From: an uncultured Pseudomonadota bacterium
Lineage (GTDB): Bacteria > Pseudomonadota > Alphaproteobacteria > UBA9219
DNA: 64,000 nucleotides
Assembly (NCBI GenBank): GCA_903824505.1
Contig: CAIJXG010000045.1
Coordinates: forward strand, 756 to 64,755
Reading direction: 5' to 3'
Shown: in pieces, positions 39,093-49,435 of the stretch
How positions within the stretch are numbered: the first letter of the stretch is position 1
How the letters are laid out: each line of letters begins with the position of its first letter
Program-made: the position numbers and the translations under genes
Notes under the pieces: generated by a model
The model's database searches: none
What the model saw: the letters and a program-made list of their open reading frames with translations, nothing else
What the model was told of the DNA's origin: nothing

Positions 39093-41821
39093 TGAGTGCC
39101 GAGACGCTGGAGGAGATCCCCGAGAGCGCGGCGTATTTCCTTGATTCGGTAGGGTTTCTCGACAAGGGGAACGGAGTGCGAGGATAGAAAGGCTTGAACA
39201 TGGGTAGAGAGGGTATCTCCGGTTACGTAGATAACGCGCTTCGCGTAAGAAGGCAACTCACGTTGCAAAGCTTCGTAAAGGGCGGGGCCATCCATGACGG
39301 GCATCCGCAAATCGCTGATAATCACGTCGAAAGATTCTTTTTTCAGTTTTTGCAGCGCGATCGCTCCGTTGACCGCAATATCCACGCGATGCCCGTCGGG
39401 CTCCAAAAGATCCGCGAGCGTTTGGGCGATATCCAGTTCGTCATCCACAAGAAGAATATGCAAAAAAGGCAAGGGAGACGTTTCGGCGTCCGGCTGGTCG
39501 TCGGCCAAGGTTTGTTGAAAAGAAGCCGCAGGAAATTCAATCGTAAAAACGGCGCCGCCTTCGGACGCGTCATCTACCCAAAGCTTGCCCCCATGCGCGG
39601 AAACGATGTTCAAACACAGGGCCAATCCAACACCCGTTCCGCCTTGTTCGCCTTTGGTCGTAAAGAAAGGTTCAAAGATTCTGGGACGGATTGCAATGGG
39701 AACGCCCGCTCCCGTATCGGCGACCGAAAGGCTTACGCTTCCTGTTATGTCGCGCCGAGTCGTCACGGCTATGCGTCGTGGACCTTTCCATCCCTGTAAG
39801 GCTTGCGTGGCGTTCAACACAAGATTGGTCACAACCTGAGTCATTTGATCCGCATCGCCTAGAATAGGTGGAAGAGCCGGATCTAAGGCCATCTGAACGG
39901 TTATGTCCGTTGTGCGTATCTGGTAGCCCAGAAGCTCGAGCGCACCGCGCACCACTTGATTGAGATCCACCGGCTTGCGCTCGGGCGGCTTCCGGCGCGC
40001 AAGCGCCAGAAAACTCTTCACGATGCGCGAGCATCGGTCAGCGGCTTTAAATATCTTCTCGGCCCGCGTGGCGACCTTGGCCTCGGGCGCACTGTCCATC
40101 AACAAGGTCGCTTGGCCAACGACAATCGAGAGCGGGTTGTTCAGCTCATGCGCCACGCCAGCCAAAAGACCGCCCAACGCCGCCATTTTTTCGCTTTGCT
40201 GCAGGGCCTCTTGCTGCCGCGCGATTTGGGCTTCGGCCTTCTTGCGTTCCGTAAGATCGTAAAGCCCCAACACAAAGGCGTCTTCGTTCTGATAGGTGAT
40301 GCGCCGCGCAGAGACGGCGACCGGCAAGGGGTTTCCATCACCGCGGATCATCTCTGTTTCCAGCAAATCGACGGATTGTCCCATTTTCAGAGAATTTTCT
40401 AATTCCCGCCTTTTGTCCGAGTCCGGAAAAAAGCGGCTGATCGCGCATTGCATGATCTCTTCTTGCTGGGCGCCTAGAAGCCCTTCCGCACCAGGCGTTG
40501 CGTATAAAACCGAACCGTTATCGGCGCGCACAATCAAGACAGGAACGGGATGCGCCTCGGTAATGCTGCGGAAACGTGTTTCACTGGCCCGCAACGCGAC
40601 TTCACTTTGCTTACGTAAGGTCACATCGCTGGTCGAGCCGACCAACCGCAGAATCCGGTTCGACCGCGCGTCGCGCATTGCAACGGCTTTCGAGTGCATC
40701 CAGCGCCGTTCTCCCCCGGGCTGCACAATACGGTATTCAACATTCAACGTATTAGTGCGGGGATTGCGGCGAAAACGGCGCAGTGCCTCGGCAACCACAA
40801 GCCGATCGGCGGGCACCATCATGCGCGCCCATCTTTTAAGCCCGTCAGGTGCGTTTTCGATCCGCATACCAAGAATTTTTCGGAACTGGTCCGAGAAAAA
40901 AACCTCGCCTGTCGCGATATTCCAGTCGAAAAGCCCTTCATTGGCACCGCGCGTGGCGAGCATAAAACGCTCGTTACTAATCGCCAGCGCGTGTTCTTTT
41001 TCCTCTTGTCGCCCCGCGAACTGGCTAACAATCACAATCGCGAAGATCAGAACGGACAGAGCCAAGGACAAAGACGCGACACGGCTTGCGATCTCAGGCG
41101 TTGCAATCAGACCAACGGCATAGGCCGCATCCGTTAACCCGCCGCCCAGAAAGCAGGCAAAGGCGACGATATGGACAAGACTACCACTTGTGCCGTGATG
41201 GACTCCCGAAATGCCCGCGATCAGGATGACGGATATGGCCATTGTCGCCGCCGCCGGCATAATCAAATGAACGGTTCCCGGGTCAAGAAAAGCGTAGAAG
41301 AACATCAAGGCCAGCAAAAAGCCGACACTCATGAAGATTGGCCCGTATTGAGGGCTGTTCATATCCAATTCAAGGAAATGGTAGGTAAAAAACAAGGCGG
41401 CTCCCCAAGCCGCCAGCATGCTCGTGTCGGACAGGATCAACCGGCCAAAGGGCGGTAAAGGCGTTACACCATAGGCCAGAAGATCGTTCGAGCCGATGAT
41501 ATGGACAGCAACACACAGCAGGAAGAGAAGTAAAAAGATCTGTCCTCGGTCACGCATAGCGATCCAAATGAAGAACAAATAGGCGGCGGCCGCTAGAACA
41601 ACCCCGATCAGAAGCCCGAAAAGGAGCGCGGCGATTCGCCCCGAAATGGCGGACTCGGATATATCCGCGTCTGCCTGTGCCCAAGCGGGCAGGCTAACCA
41701 TCCATAAAATAATAGAAAAAAGAAAGGCCCCTCCAGCATGCGCGGCGCGTTTAAGATCAAACAGAGGGCGAAAAGAGGCAAGCATGAAGTCCATCTTGCC
41801 GTTCGCGTCTCGTCCGTGCAA
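39089..41821 (-). CDS. Hybrid sensor histidine kinase (7TM N-terminal sensor, PAS, HisKA, HATPase, C-terminal receiver)
   Basis: N-terminal polytopic membrane region, PAS repeats, H-box (VAHELNNPL), G-boxes (DTGAGV, GTGVGLAL), C-terminal REC (LLVDDELDIAQTL...SDLRMPVMDG); 910 aa. Confidence 0.9.
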   Translation of the reverse strand: MHGRDANGKMDFMLASFRPLFDLKRAAHAGGAFLFSIILWMVSLPAWAQADADISESAISGRIAALLFGLLIGVVLAAAAYLFFIWIAMRDRGQIFLLLFLLCVAVHIIGSNDLLAYGVTPLPPFGRLILSDTSMLAAWGAALFFTYHFLELDMNSPQYGPIFMSVGFLLALMFFYAFLDPGTVHLIMPAAATMAISVILIAGISGVHHGTSGSLVHIVAFACFLGGGLTDAAYAVGLIATPEIASRVASLSLALSVLIFAIVIVSQFAGRQEEKEHALAISNERFMLATRGANEGLFDWNIATGEVFFSDQFRKILGMRIENAPDGLKRWARMMVPADRLVVAEALRRFRRNPRTNTLNVEYRIVQPGGERRWMHSKAVAMRDARSNRILRLVGSTSDVTLRKQSEVALRASETRFRSITEAHPVPVLIVRADNGSVLYATPGAEGLLGAQQEEIMQCAISRFFPDSDKRRELENSLKMGQSVDLLETEMIRGDGNPLPVAVSARRITYQNEDAFVLGLYDLTERKKAEAQIARQQEALQQSEKMAALGGLLAGVAHELNNPLSIVVGQATLLMDSAPEAKVATRAEKIFKAADRCSRIVKSFLALARRKPPERKPVDLNQVVRGALELLGYQIRTTDITVQMALDPALPPILGDADQMTQVVTNLVLNATQALQGWKGPRRIAVTTRRDITGSVSLSVADTGAGVPIAIRPRIFEPFFTTKGEQGGTGVGLALCLNIVSAHGGKLWVDDASEGGAVFTIEFPAASFQQTLADDQPDAETSPLPFLHILLVDDELDIAQTLADLLEPDGHRVDIAVNGAIALQKLKKESFDVIISDLRMPVMDGPALYEALQRELPSYAKRVIYVTGDTLSTHVQAFLSSHSVPLVEKPYRIKEIRRALGDLLQRLGTQ

Positions 41822-41843
41822 GAGAAGGAAGGAACCAGATCTC

Positions 41844-41960
41844 TATACTCGGTTTCCTTGGAAAGCCGAGTATTCGATTCCGCGCAAAACACGGACGCAG
41901 CGAAGCTGATGCGCCTTTTGCGCGGATGAAACTTAAGGGGTTCCTTCGGTGCCCAAATAT
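41844..41960. repeat. MITE-like repeat family A, full copy
   Basis: tatactcggtttccttggaaagccgagtattcgattccgcgcaaaacacggacgcagcgaagctgatgcgccttttgcgcggatgaaacttaaggggttccttcggtgcccaaatata. Confidence 0.92.
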
Positions 41961-42031
41961 AAAACTTTGTCCGAAAGCGAAAGATAGAACATGCGGCCCC
42001 CCCCTCTTTTCCCGTCGCCCTTACGCCAACT

Positions 42032-42952
42032 TTGGACTCCTTGATTGATCCGTTAGACCCAATGGATCCTATCGCGGCGCAGTTTTTACCCTCGGCGGCG
42101 GAAGCGATCGTCGCGCCCGAGGAACGGGCAGATCCCATCGGGGATAATCGGTTCTCGCCTGTTTCTGGGATTGTGCATCGGTATCCGGACCGTGTTTTGT
42201 TGAAAGTAACGGGCGTGTGTCTGGCCTATTGCCGCTTTTGCTTTCGCCGCGACATGATCGGGCCTGCGGAAGGAATTCTGTCGCCCTCCGCGTTGGATCA
42301 GGCGCTGGCCTATATTGCGGATCATTCGGAAATTTGGGAGGTCATTTTGACAGGCGGCGATCCGCTGACTCTCTCAGATCGGCGGTTGGGGGAGATTCTG
42401 GACAGGCTCCGCGCGATCCCTCATGTGAAAATCATCCGGTTTCATACGCGGGCCCCGATAGTCGAGCCGTCCCGAGTCACCCCAGCCCTTGTTGATCTTT
42501 TGCGCGCGGCAGGGCCAGTCTATGTCGTGCTTCATTGCAATCATCCGCGCGAGATCACGGCCTCAGCCAGCGCCGCCTGTGCTCTACTGGCGGATGCCGG
42601 ACTTCCGCTTTTGTCGGGAACCGTCTTGCTGCGCGGGGTGAATGACAAACTGGAGATTCTATCGGCCCTGATGCGCACGCTGGTTGAGAATAGGATCAAA
42701 CCCTATTATCTCTATCACCCCGATCTGGCGCGCGGCACGAGCCATTTCCGGCTCTCGCTGGAAGAAGGGCAAGCGCTTGTCCATGCGTTGCACAAAAACC
42801 TATCGGGCCTGTGTCAGCCCACCTATGTGCTGGATATTCCGGATGGGCACGGCAAAGTCCCCGTCGGCCGCAGCTACGCAACGCGCGAGGCGACAGGCTG
42901 GCTGATCGAGGATCCGCACGGCGAAACGCATCGGTATGGAACGGCGGAATAA
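42032..42952 (+). CDS. KamA-family radical SAM protein (lysine 2,3-aminomutase / EpmB-like)
   Basis: CLAYCRFCFRR (CxxxCxxC radical-SAM cluster), GGDPLTL, PYYLYH motifs typical of KamA/EpmB; 306 aa. Confidence 0.8.
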   Translation: MDSLIDPLDPMDPIAAQFLPSAAEAIVAPEERADPIGDNRFSPVSGIVHRYPDRVLLKVTGVCLAYCRFCFRRDMIGPAEGILSPSALDQALAYIADHSEIWEVILTGGDPLTLSDRRLGEILDRLRAIPHVKIIRFHTRAPIVEPSRVTPALVDLLRAAGPVYVVLHCNHPREITASASAACALLADAGLPLLSGTVLLRGVNDKLEILSALMRTLVENRIKPYYLYHPDLARGTSHFRLSLEEGQALVHALHKNLSGLCQPTYVLDIPDGHGKVPVGRSYATREATGWLIEDPHGETHRYGTAE

Positions 42953-43310
42953 CCCATAGGCGATAATCGATTATTGCCTGTTTGGGGGCTGTATGTCGCG
43001 GTATAGAAAATCACCCTTTTTTCATTTTCGGTTCCTTCTCTTTCTTTCGTTTGTGAGGCGGGAGGTGCACCCCCCATCCCGACGACCCTTTTCCGGAAGA
43101 CATGTCTCCCTGTTTGACGCTTTTCGACTTTTCCCCCAGCAAGCTGCAGCGTTGGTGGGATCGATCCGCGTCAAACGTCTCTTTCACAAGACTGAGGTGA
43201 CTATAATGGGATAAAAACAGTACGTCAAGAGAAAAATGCAAGAATTTTGAAAAAAGATGGGTTTTTTCTTTTTTTGATTGGGGTCTTTTAAAAGAACAAA
43301 TCTATTCAAT

Positions 43311-43430
43311 TATACTCGGGTTCCTTCGGAACCCCTCACGTTTTGTCCGCGCAAAAGGCGCATCAGCTTCGCCCTCGCGCGTGTTTTACACGGAATCGAA
43401 TACTCGGCTTTCCAAGGAAACCGAGTATAG
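43311..43430. repeat. MITE-like repeat family A, full copy in inverted orientation
   Basis: tatactcgggttccttcggaacccctcacgttttgtccgcgcaaaaggcgcatcagcttcgcc...gtgttttacacggaatcgaatactcggctttccaaggaaaccgagtatag. Confidence 0.9.
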
Positions 43431-43530
43431 TTACGATTAATCCCTGTAACCGCTTCAGATTTCAGGACAAACAGTGCCCCGAGAACTCCCTCTCCCGCCC
43501 GCGGAAGCGAAGGGGTGAGGGGGGAGTCAA

Positions 43531-43780
43531 CTATACTTAAGCACGGCATAAATTAGAATTTTTTAAAACGCTCTCCGCTCGTCATTCCCGCGGAAGCGGG
43601 AATCCATCGCGAGCGATAGCGCCCCCATGAGTCAAAAACATTAAAGATTTACAAACTGTTATTATGCTCATAACTCTTGTGCCGCGCAGACGCGCGGCGA
43701 TGGATCCCCGTTTTCACGGGGATGACAAGCGGGGGCACTTGTATAAAAAAACATCAATCTGTTACGTGGCTAAGTATAAG
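43531..43780. repeat. Repeat family C (TIR-bounded, ~140-bp core with a ~130-bp insertion in this copy)
   Basis: ctatacttaagcacggcataaatt...ttttaaaacgctctccgc...ccccgttttcacggggatgacaagcgggggcacttgtataaa...ggctaagtataag. The second copy at 61016..61154 lies right after tRNA-His. The ends are imperfect inverted repeats. Confidence 0.8.
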
Positions 43781-43923
43781 AGCCTAACTTCACATAAAGA
43801 AAAGCTTTTCTGATGGTTAGAAAGAGCCGCCCTCACCCCAACCCTCTCCCTCCATGCAGACATGAAAGGGAGAGGGCGTGCTGCATCGCCATCGGAAAAA
43901 GACGCCTTATTGCCTCTCGAATC

Positions 43924-44844
43924 CTAAGAGGCCATTTTGGCGACTTCGGCGGCGAAATCGTCCGTTGTTTTTTCGATGCCTTCGCCCAGCTGATAGCGCA
44001 CAAAGCCGGTTAGCTTAACGGGCGCACCCAAAGTTTTCGCGGCTTTTTCGATCACTTGCGCGATGCGGCTTTCGCCGTCCACGACATAGACCTGCTCCAG
44101 CAACACGACATCTTCGTAGTATTTACGCAAGCGGCCTTCGACCATCTTGGTGATGATCTCCTCCGGCTTGCCCGAGGCGCGCGCCTGATCGGCGAAAATT
44201 GCGCGTTCGCGGTCAACCGCCTTGGGATCCAGATCGGCAATCGACAACGCATCCGGCCGCGCGGCGGCGACATGCATCGCGATTTGACGGCCCAGCTCCA
44301 GCAGCTTGGTCGTGTCGCCCGAGGATTCCAGCGCGACCAACACGCCAATCTTGCCCAAATTCGGGGCGAGCGCGTTATGGACATAAGAGGCCACGACGCC
44401 CTGCGGCACGGAAAGCTGCGCTGTGCGGCGGAGGGACATATTCTCGCCAATTGTCGCGATCAGATGGGTCAAGGCTTCCTGAATCGTGCCCCCTGCAGGG
44501 TGCGCGGCGTTTTGCAGCGCTTCGAGCGAGCCGTTTGTCTCCAGCGCAGTCTTGGCAGCTTGGAGCGCAAAGCTTTGGAACTGCTCATTCCGGCCCACAA
44601 AATCCGTTTCGGCATTGACTTCGACCATAGAAGCCTTCGTGGCCGCTGCGGCGACCGCGACCAGCCCTTCGGCCGCCACACGTCCCGCCTTTTTGGCCGC
44701 CGCCGACAGACCCTTCTTGCGGAGCCAGTCCAAAGCGGCTTCCATATCGCCGTTGCTTTCATTTAAAGCTTTTTTACAATCCATCATGCCTGCGCCGGTC
44801 TTTTCGCGCAGATCCTTGACCATCGTTGCGGTGATTTCTGTCAT
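43924..44844 (-). CDS. tsf: Elongation factor Ts
   Basis: [42 protein letters not shown] (UBA-like N-terminus); 306 aa. Confidence 0.95.
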   Translation of the reverse strand: MTEITATMVKDLREKTGAGMMDCKKALNESNGDMEAALDWLRKKGLSAAAKKAGRVAAEGLVAVAAAATKASMVEVNAETDFVGRNEQFQSFALQAAKTALETNGSLEALQNAAHPAGGTIQEALTHLIATIGENMSLRRTAQLSVPQGVVASYVHNALAPNLGKIGVLVALESSGDTTKLLELGRQIAMHVAAARPDALSIADLDPKAVDRERAIFADQARASGKPEEIITKMVEGRLRKYYEDVVLLEQVYVVDGESRIAQVIEKAAKTLGAPVKLTGFVRYQLGEGIEKTTDDFAAEVAKMAS

Positions 44845-44920
44845 GGTTTCTTTCTCCGTTAAGGGTTCTTTGTTGGTTTGAAGGTGCTCAGTTTCATCAG
44901 TTCAAAAAGACCAAGGTGCC

Positions 44921-45153
44921 GAAGAGCCGTAGGATTCCCTCCCCCTCGTGAGGGGCTTGACGTGCAGCGTCGAGGCCGCAGGCTGGTGGGAGTGGCGGAG
45001 AAGTCACAAGAAATCAGATTCAGAATCAAAGACAAAAGACGCGGATTTCCTTCTGCAACTTCTGTCCTGAATCTTTACATTAATCTCTTTCTGCGCCCCC
45101 CACCCACCAGCCTACCCCCCCCCCACGAGGGGGAGGGGATTCTACGGCTCTTC
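44921..45153. repeat. Nested inverted-repeat element (family D, ~230 bp) between tsf and an inserted gene
   Basis: Left arm gaagagccgtaggattccctccccctcgtgagggg...ggctggtgggagtggcg. Right arm cgccccccacccaccagcc...cccacgagggggaggggattctacggctcttcc, the reverse complement with small indels. Includes a C9 homopolymer. Confidence 0.8.
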
Positions 45154-45167
45154 CTGCACACGGGTCT

Positions 45168-45749
45168 CTAACCGATTATACAAGGGGTTTGGCATACTTG
45201 CTTGGCTACTCCTTCTGCAGGCGATTGCTTGAAAAGATTTCCTTCATCCTCTCTATAGCTAACTCTAAAGCACAGAGCCTTTCCTAGCAAACCAATCTCT
45301 GGCCTAAAAGTGGTCCAATCCAAATGAAAATCACATTTATCCTCTCGTCCCACCACCTTTAGCGTCACGCAAGCCGCTCGACCTTCCTCAGAGTCTTTTG
45401 GGCCATAACTGGCTATTTCAATGCAGGCTAACCGAAAGCTGTATACATCTTGGTTTCTCTGAAGGCTCCTAACGTCTTTGATCGACATAACGCAACTTAG
45501 AGAAGGCCAAGTTGGGATAGCCGTTGCAGATTCATAACCCCCAAAATGTGTAATATTCTGAGCATCTGGATATCTTTTTTTTAAATAGCCTCGATTAATA
45601 TCCTCTCCTAGCCACAAATGGAGGGCGATATTTGGGTTCCATCCCTGAAAGCAATCTATATACCTAAGAAGAGCCTTCAGAGTCCTTTCTCTTCCGGTAA
45701 GAAGATCGTCTAATGCTTGTTGCTGAAGAGTGATTTGCGTCTGTTTCAT
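45168..45749 (-). CDS. Hypothetical protein (193 aa) inserted between rpsB and tsf
   Basis: AT-rich ORF with no recognisable motif. It interrupts the normally contiguous rpsB-tsf pair and is flanked by repeat family D. Confidence 0.5.
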   Translation of the reverse strand: MKQTQITLQQQALDDLLTGRERTLKALLRYIDCFQGWNPNIALHLWLGEDINRGYLKKRYPDAQNITHFGGYESATAIPTWPSLSCVMSIKDVRSLQRNQDVYSFRLACIEIASYGPKDSEEGRAACVTLKVVGREDKCDFHLDWTTFRPEIGLLGKALCFRVSYREDEGNLFKQSPAEGVAKQVCQTPCIIG

Positions 45750-45854
45750 TTTACCCTCCTGTTTTTCTTGTGGTTAAAAAAGATCCGCAGAAATGGTGTT
45801 TGGCCTCATTCTGATCCCCCCTCCCTTCATCAGGGAAGGGGGATAATCCTTACC

Positions 45855-46649
45855 TTAACCGTTCGCGGCGGCTTTGGGTTCTTCAACCTGTGTTGTTTCG
45901 CTGCTCGGGACGATGGCTGCAGCACCGAGGTCTTTGCCTGTTTTCTTGGCGACAGAGCCGAGTTCGGCCTCGATACCATCGAGGACGGATTGAGCGACCA
46001 GATCGCAATACAAATGGATCGCGCGGGCGGCGTCGTCATTGCCCGGGATGGGGAAGGTGATGTTGGTGGGGTCAGAGTTGCTGTCCACGATGGCAACCAC
46101 GGGGATGCCCAGCTTGACGGCCTCTGCCACCGCGATATCTTCCTTCAGCGTATCCACGACGAAGATTAAATCCGGCAGACCGCCCATATCCTTGATGCCG
46201 CCGAGGGCTTTCTCGAGCTTGTCCAGCTCTCGCGACATTTGAAGGCTTTCCTTCTTGGTCAGCTTTTTGGACTCGACCGTCAGTTTTTCCTGCAAGTCGC
46301 GCAGACGTTTGATGGAGTTCGAAATCGTTTTCCAATTCGTCATCATGCCGCCCAGCCAGCGGTGATTGACGTAATACTGACCGCAACGCTTGGCGGCGTC
46401 AGCGATGACATCTTGCGCCTGACGCTTGGTGCCAACGAACAGAATGCGTCCGCCCGAAGCGGCCGTGTCGCGCACCGTTTGGAGCGCGCGCTGCATCAAA
46501 GGAACTGTCTGTTCAAGATCGATGATATGCACATTATTGCGCACGCCGAACAGATAGGATTGCATTTTGGGGTTCCAGCGGCGGGTATTGTGTCCAAAAT
46601 GGACGCCAGCTTCAAAAAGCTGCCGCAAGGAAACGACGGGCATAGTCAT
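45855..46649 (-). CDS. rpsB: 30S ribosomal protein S2
   Basis: [19 protein letters not shown]...HIIDLEQT...RILFVGTK; 264 aa. Confidence 0.95.
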   Translation of the reverse strand: MTMPVVSLRQLFEAGVHFGHNTRRWNPKMQSYLFGVRNNVHIIDLEQTVPLMQRALQTVRDTAASGGRILFVGTKRQAQDVIADAAKRCGQYYVNHRWLGGMMTNWKTISNSIKRLRDLQEKLTVESKKLTKKESLQMSRELDKLEKALGGIKDMGGLPDLIFVVDTLKEDIAVAEAVKLGIPVVAIVDSNSDPTNITFPIPGNDDAARAIHLYCDLVAQSVLDGIEAELGSVAKKTGKDLGAAAIVPSSETTQVEEPKAAANG

Positions 46650-46833
46650 GTAGGTATTCTCCGGTTAAGCCACCCGCATGTGTTGCAGGAACGTTGTTCC
46701 CACCGGACGGTTTCGCGCGGGATTGACCGCAAAAACCAAACATGCGTGCGATGTAAGGCTTCGAAAACCACTTCCGAAGCTTGATGAAGGGGGTTTTTAA
46801 GGAAAGAGTAAAGAAAAAGCAAGCTTTTTCGTC

Positions 46834-47325
46834 TTATCCGACCTCCAGCTTTTTGAACAAAGCCTGCGCCACGGCATCCGAGACAAAACCAAGAGTCTTC
46901 CCGTACCGCACCAGTTCTTTCACGGCGCTGGAGGAAATCAGGCGCGTGTCTTCGCTGGCAGGAAGAAAAATGGTTTCAAGCGTGGGATCAAGGGCGTGGT
47001 TGAGGGCGCTCATCGTCTTTTCACGCTCAAAGTCCGCGATCGTGCGCAGGCCTCGCACAAGGATCGACGCTCCAACGGTGCGGGCATAATCGACCAAAAG
47101 CCCGTCATAGGCGGCAACCGAAACTGAAGGCAGCTTAAGCCCTTCAATTTCAGACGTCAGAAGCGCCACTCTTTCCTCAAGGCTAAACAAAAGCCTTTTG
47201 TCGTGCGCTTTGCCGATCGCAACGATCACGTGATTGGCCAATTTTGACGTGCGCACCACAATGTCCAGATGCCCCTTGGTCACGGGGTCGAAAGACCCTG
47301 GATAGATCGCAAGGCGCTGGATCAT
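46834..47325 (-). CDS. coaD: Phosphopantetheine adenylyltransferase
   Basis: AIYPGSFDPVTKGHLDIV (HxGH nucleotidyltransferase motif); 163 aa. Confidence 0.93.
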   Translation of the reverse strand: MIQRLAIYPGSFDPVTKGHLDIVVRTSKLANHVIVAIGKAHDKRLLFSLEERVALLTSEIEGLKLPSVSVAAYDGLLVDYARTVGASILVRGLRTIADFEREKTMSALNHALDPTLETIFLPASEDTRLISSSAVKELVRYGKTLGFVSDAVAQALFKKLEVG

Positions 47326-48092
47326 GGTGCGCCCTCTGCCCTTGTTCTGCCATAGCGGCGGTCGCGCTGATAAAATTCCTCAAGCGCTTGTTTCAGATGC
47401 GCGCCCGAAAAATCAGGCCACAAGACATCCATAAACACATATTCGGCATAGGCGGATTGCCAGAGCAAAAAGTTCGAAATGCGCTTTTCTCCGCTGGTGC
47501 GAATCACAAGATCCGGATCCGGCATGTCGCTTGTGAACAGAAAGCTTTGAAAAAGTTTTTCGTCGATCTTCTCGGGATCCAACTCACCCCGTTTGACGGC
47601 TCTTGCGATGGCTTGCGCGGCGGCGGCGATCTCTTGCCGCCCGCCATAGCTGAGCGCCAGAGTCAAGGTCAGCGTGGTGTTCTCGCGCGTCAGAGTCTCG
47701 GCTTCTTGAACGATCCGGGTAATATCGGCGGGCAGACGCGCTGTGTCTCCGATGGCGCGGATCCGCACGCCCTTCTGATGCATCGCTTTCATTTCGCTTT
47801 GGACATAAAAGCGCAGCAGACCCATCAGGCCATCAACCTCGTCCGGCGGGCGGCGCCAGTTTTCCGCCGAAAAACTGTAAAGAGTCAGATGGGTAATCTT
47901 CAATGCGCGGGCCGCTTCTAAAACACCTCGCACCGTTTCGATTCCAGCGCGATGCCCCAATAAACGCGGAAGATTGCGGCCACGCGCCCACCGTCCATTA
48001 CCATCCATAATGATGGCCACATGGAAAGAGCTGGAAGCAGAGGAGGACTCGGTCAAACCCATCACGCGCGTAAATTCCTGTCCCACAAACAA
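47322..48092 (-). CDS. uppS: Isoprenyl transferase (undecaprenyl diphosphate synthase)
   Basis: HVAIIMDGNGRWA...ITHLTLYSFSAENWRRP...; 256 aa. Confidence 0.92.
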   Translation of the reverse strand: MFVGQEFTRVMGLTESSSASSSFHVAIIMDGNGRWARGRNLPRLLGHRAGIETVRGVLEAARALKITHLTLYSFSAENWRRPPDEVDGLMGLLRFYVQSEMKAMHQKGVRIRAIGDTARLPADITRIVQEAETLTRENTTLTLTLALSYGGRQEIAAAAQAIARAVKRGELDPEKIDEKLFQSFLFTSDMPDPDLVIRTSGEKRISNFLLWQSAYAEYVFMDVLWPDFSGAHLKQALEEFYQRDRRYGRTRAEGAP

Positions 48093-48143
48093 CGGGACGG
48101 AAAGATGCAGGCCCCGCCGTCAAAAGAAAACAATCAAAGTGAT

Positions 48144-48219
48144 GGTCGGGGCAACAGGATTTGAACCTGCGACCCCCAGTCCCCCAGACTGATGCGCTAC
48201 CAGGCTGCGCTATGCCCCG
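48144..48219 (-). tRNA. tRNA-Pro (anticodon GGG)
   Basis: Reverse complement cggggcatagcgcagcctggtagcgcatcagtctGGGggactgggggtcgcaggttcaaatcctgttgccccgacca; 7-bp acceptor stem, T-loop ggttcaaatcc, CCA end. Confidence 0.85.
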
Positions 48220-48362
48220 ACCGATCCGAGGTCGCGACTATAAGCGGGGATGCCCCGGAAGGCAATATGCTCCAAAAGATTTGCGTTTCAATCGATTGGA
48301 CCCCAAATTTTGCCCTAAATTTTGCACGTGCCCCGAAGAAGAAAAGAGTGTACTTTCCTGAC

Positions 48363-48830
48363 ATGATTGCCTCGCTTGACGTCTCTTCCTCGCTTTTTTT
48401 CGGCTCCGACCATCGGGGGCTTTCCCTCAAGACCCTTCTTATCGAACACGCCCGTATGCGGAACTGCGCGGTTGTGGATCATGGAACGATAACGCGCGAA
48501 AGCTGCGATGCCGGTGATTTCGCGCAGCGCGTTGTCGCCGATTTGAGGGAGCATCCGGCCCATATCGGCATCCTGATCTGCGGCACAGGACAGGCGATGG
48601 CGATGACCGCAAACCGCCACCGCCATATCCGCGCAGCCTTGTGCGTCAATACGACGATGGTGCGGCTCGCGCGTGCACATAATGACGCGAATATCCTTGT
48701 GCTGGGCGCTGAAATTATCGGCCCCGAACTCGCCCGCGATTGTCTCGACGCCTTTTTAACCACCCCTTTTGCAAATGAAGAGCGTTTTGTGGCCCGAAGA
48801 GATAAGCTGGATCGTCTTGGCCGTGTCTAA
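48363..48830 (+). CDS. rpiB: Ribose-5-phosphate isomerase B
   Basis: FFGSDHRGLSLK...ILICGTGQAMAMTANRH...ILVLGAEIIGPELA; start trimmed to the ATG at 48363; 155 aa. Confidence 0.85.
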   Translation: MIASLDVSSSLFFGSDHRGLSLKTLLIEHARMRNCAVVDHGTITRESCDAGDFAQRVVADLREHPAHIGILICGTGQAMAMTANRHRHIRAALCVNTTMVRLARAHNDANILVLGAEIIGPELARDCLDAFLTTPFANEERFVARRDKLDRLGRV

Positions 48831-49431
48831 AAAACTGGTCATCATCGGCCTTACGGGCGGGATTGGTATGGGCAAAAGCGCGACGGCCTGTCTTCTGCGC
48901 CATATGGGAATCCCTGTGCATGATGCCGACGCGGTGGTTCATGCCGCGCTCAGCAAAGGCGGCGCGGCGGTCGTACGGGTTGGACGTCTTTTCCCCGAAA
49001 CGCTGAAGCGTGGGGCGATTGACCGCACTCTTCTAGGGCGGCACGTTTTTCATCTCCCCGATCAGCTGCAGAAACTGGAGAAGATCCTTCACCCCATCGT
49101 TCGCAAAGAAGAACGCGCCTTTTTGCAGGCGGCGCGGCGGGCCAAAAAACCTGCTGTCGTGCTTGAGATTCCGCTTTTGTTCGAAACAGGGGCCGAGAAA
49201 CGCTGCGATCTGATCTTATGCGTTTCCGCACCCCGTGCGATTCAAAAAGCGCGGGTTCTTGCGCGCTCGGGCATGACTGAAGAAAAATTCAAGGCCATTG
49301 TCGCCCGCCAATTGCCCGAAGCCGAAAAACGCCGCCGCGCTGATTTTGTCCTGCCGACAGGGGAAGGGCCCGAAAAAACAGACCTCGCCCTGCGCCATGT
49401 GCTCGGCAAGCTTTCCCTTTTACCTGTTTGA
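48823..49431 (+). CDS. coaE: Dephospho-CoA kinase
   Basis: IIGLTGGIGMGKSATA (P-loop) and CoaE fold. Probable GTG start at 48823 overlapping the rpiB stop; the track start at 48769 is a less likely alternative. Confidence 0.8.
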   Translation: MSKKLVIIGLTGGIGMGKSATACLLRHMGIPVHDADAVVHAALSKGGAAVVRVGRLFPETLKRGAIDRTLLGRHVFHLPDQLQKLEKILHPIVRKEERAFLQAARRAKKPAVVLEIPLLFETGAEKRCDLILCVSAPRAIQKARVLARSGMTEEKFKAIVARQLPEAEKRRRADFVLPTGEGPEKTDLALRHVLGKLSLLPV

Positions 49432-49435
49432 TCTG

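Noticed and set aside
42953-43923. Possible tmRNA, SRP RNA or RNase P RNA in the long non-coding region
   Set aside because: No conserved motifs of these RNAs (for example the SRP domain IV sequence or the tmRNA tag-reading-frame context) were recognisable by eye. The region is better explained by stacked repeat elements. I have not ruled out an unknown ncRNA.
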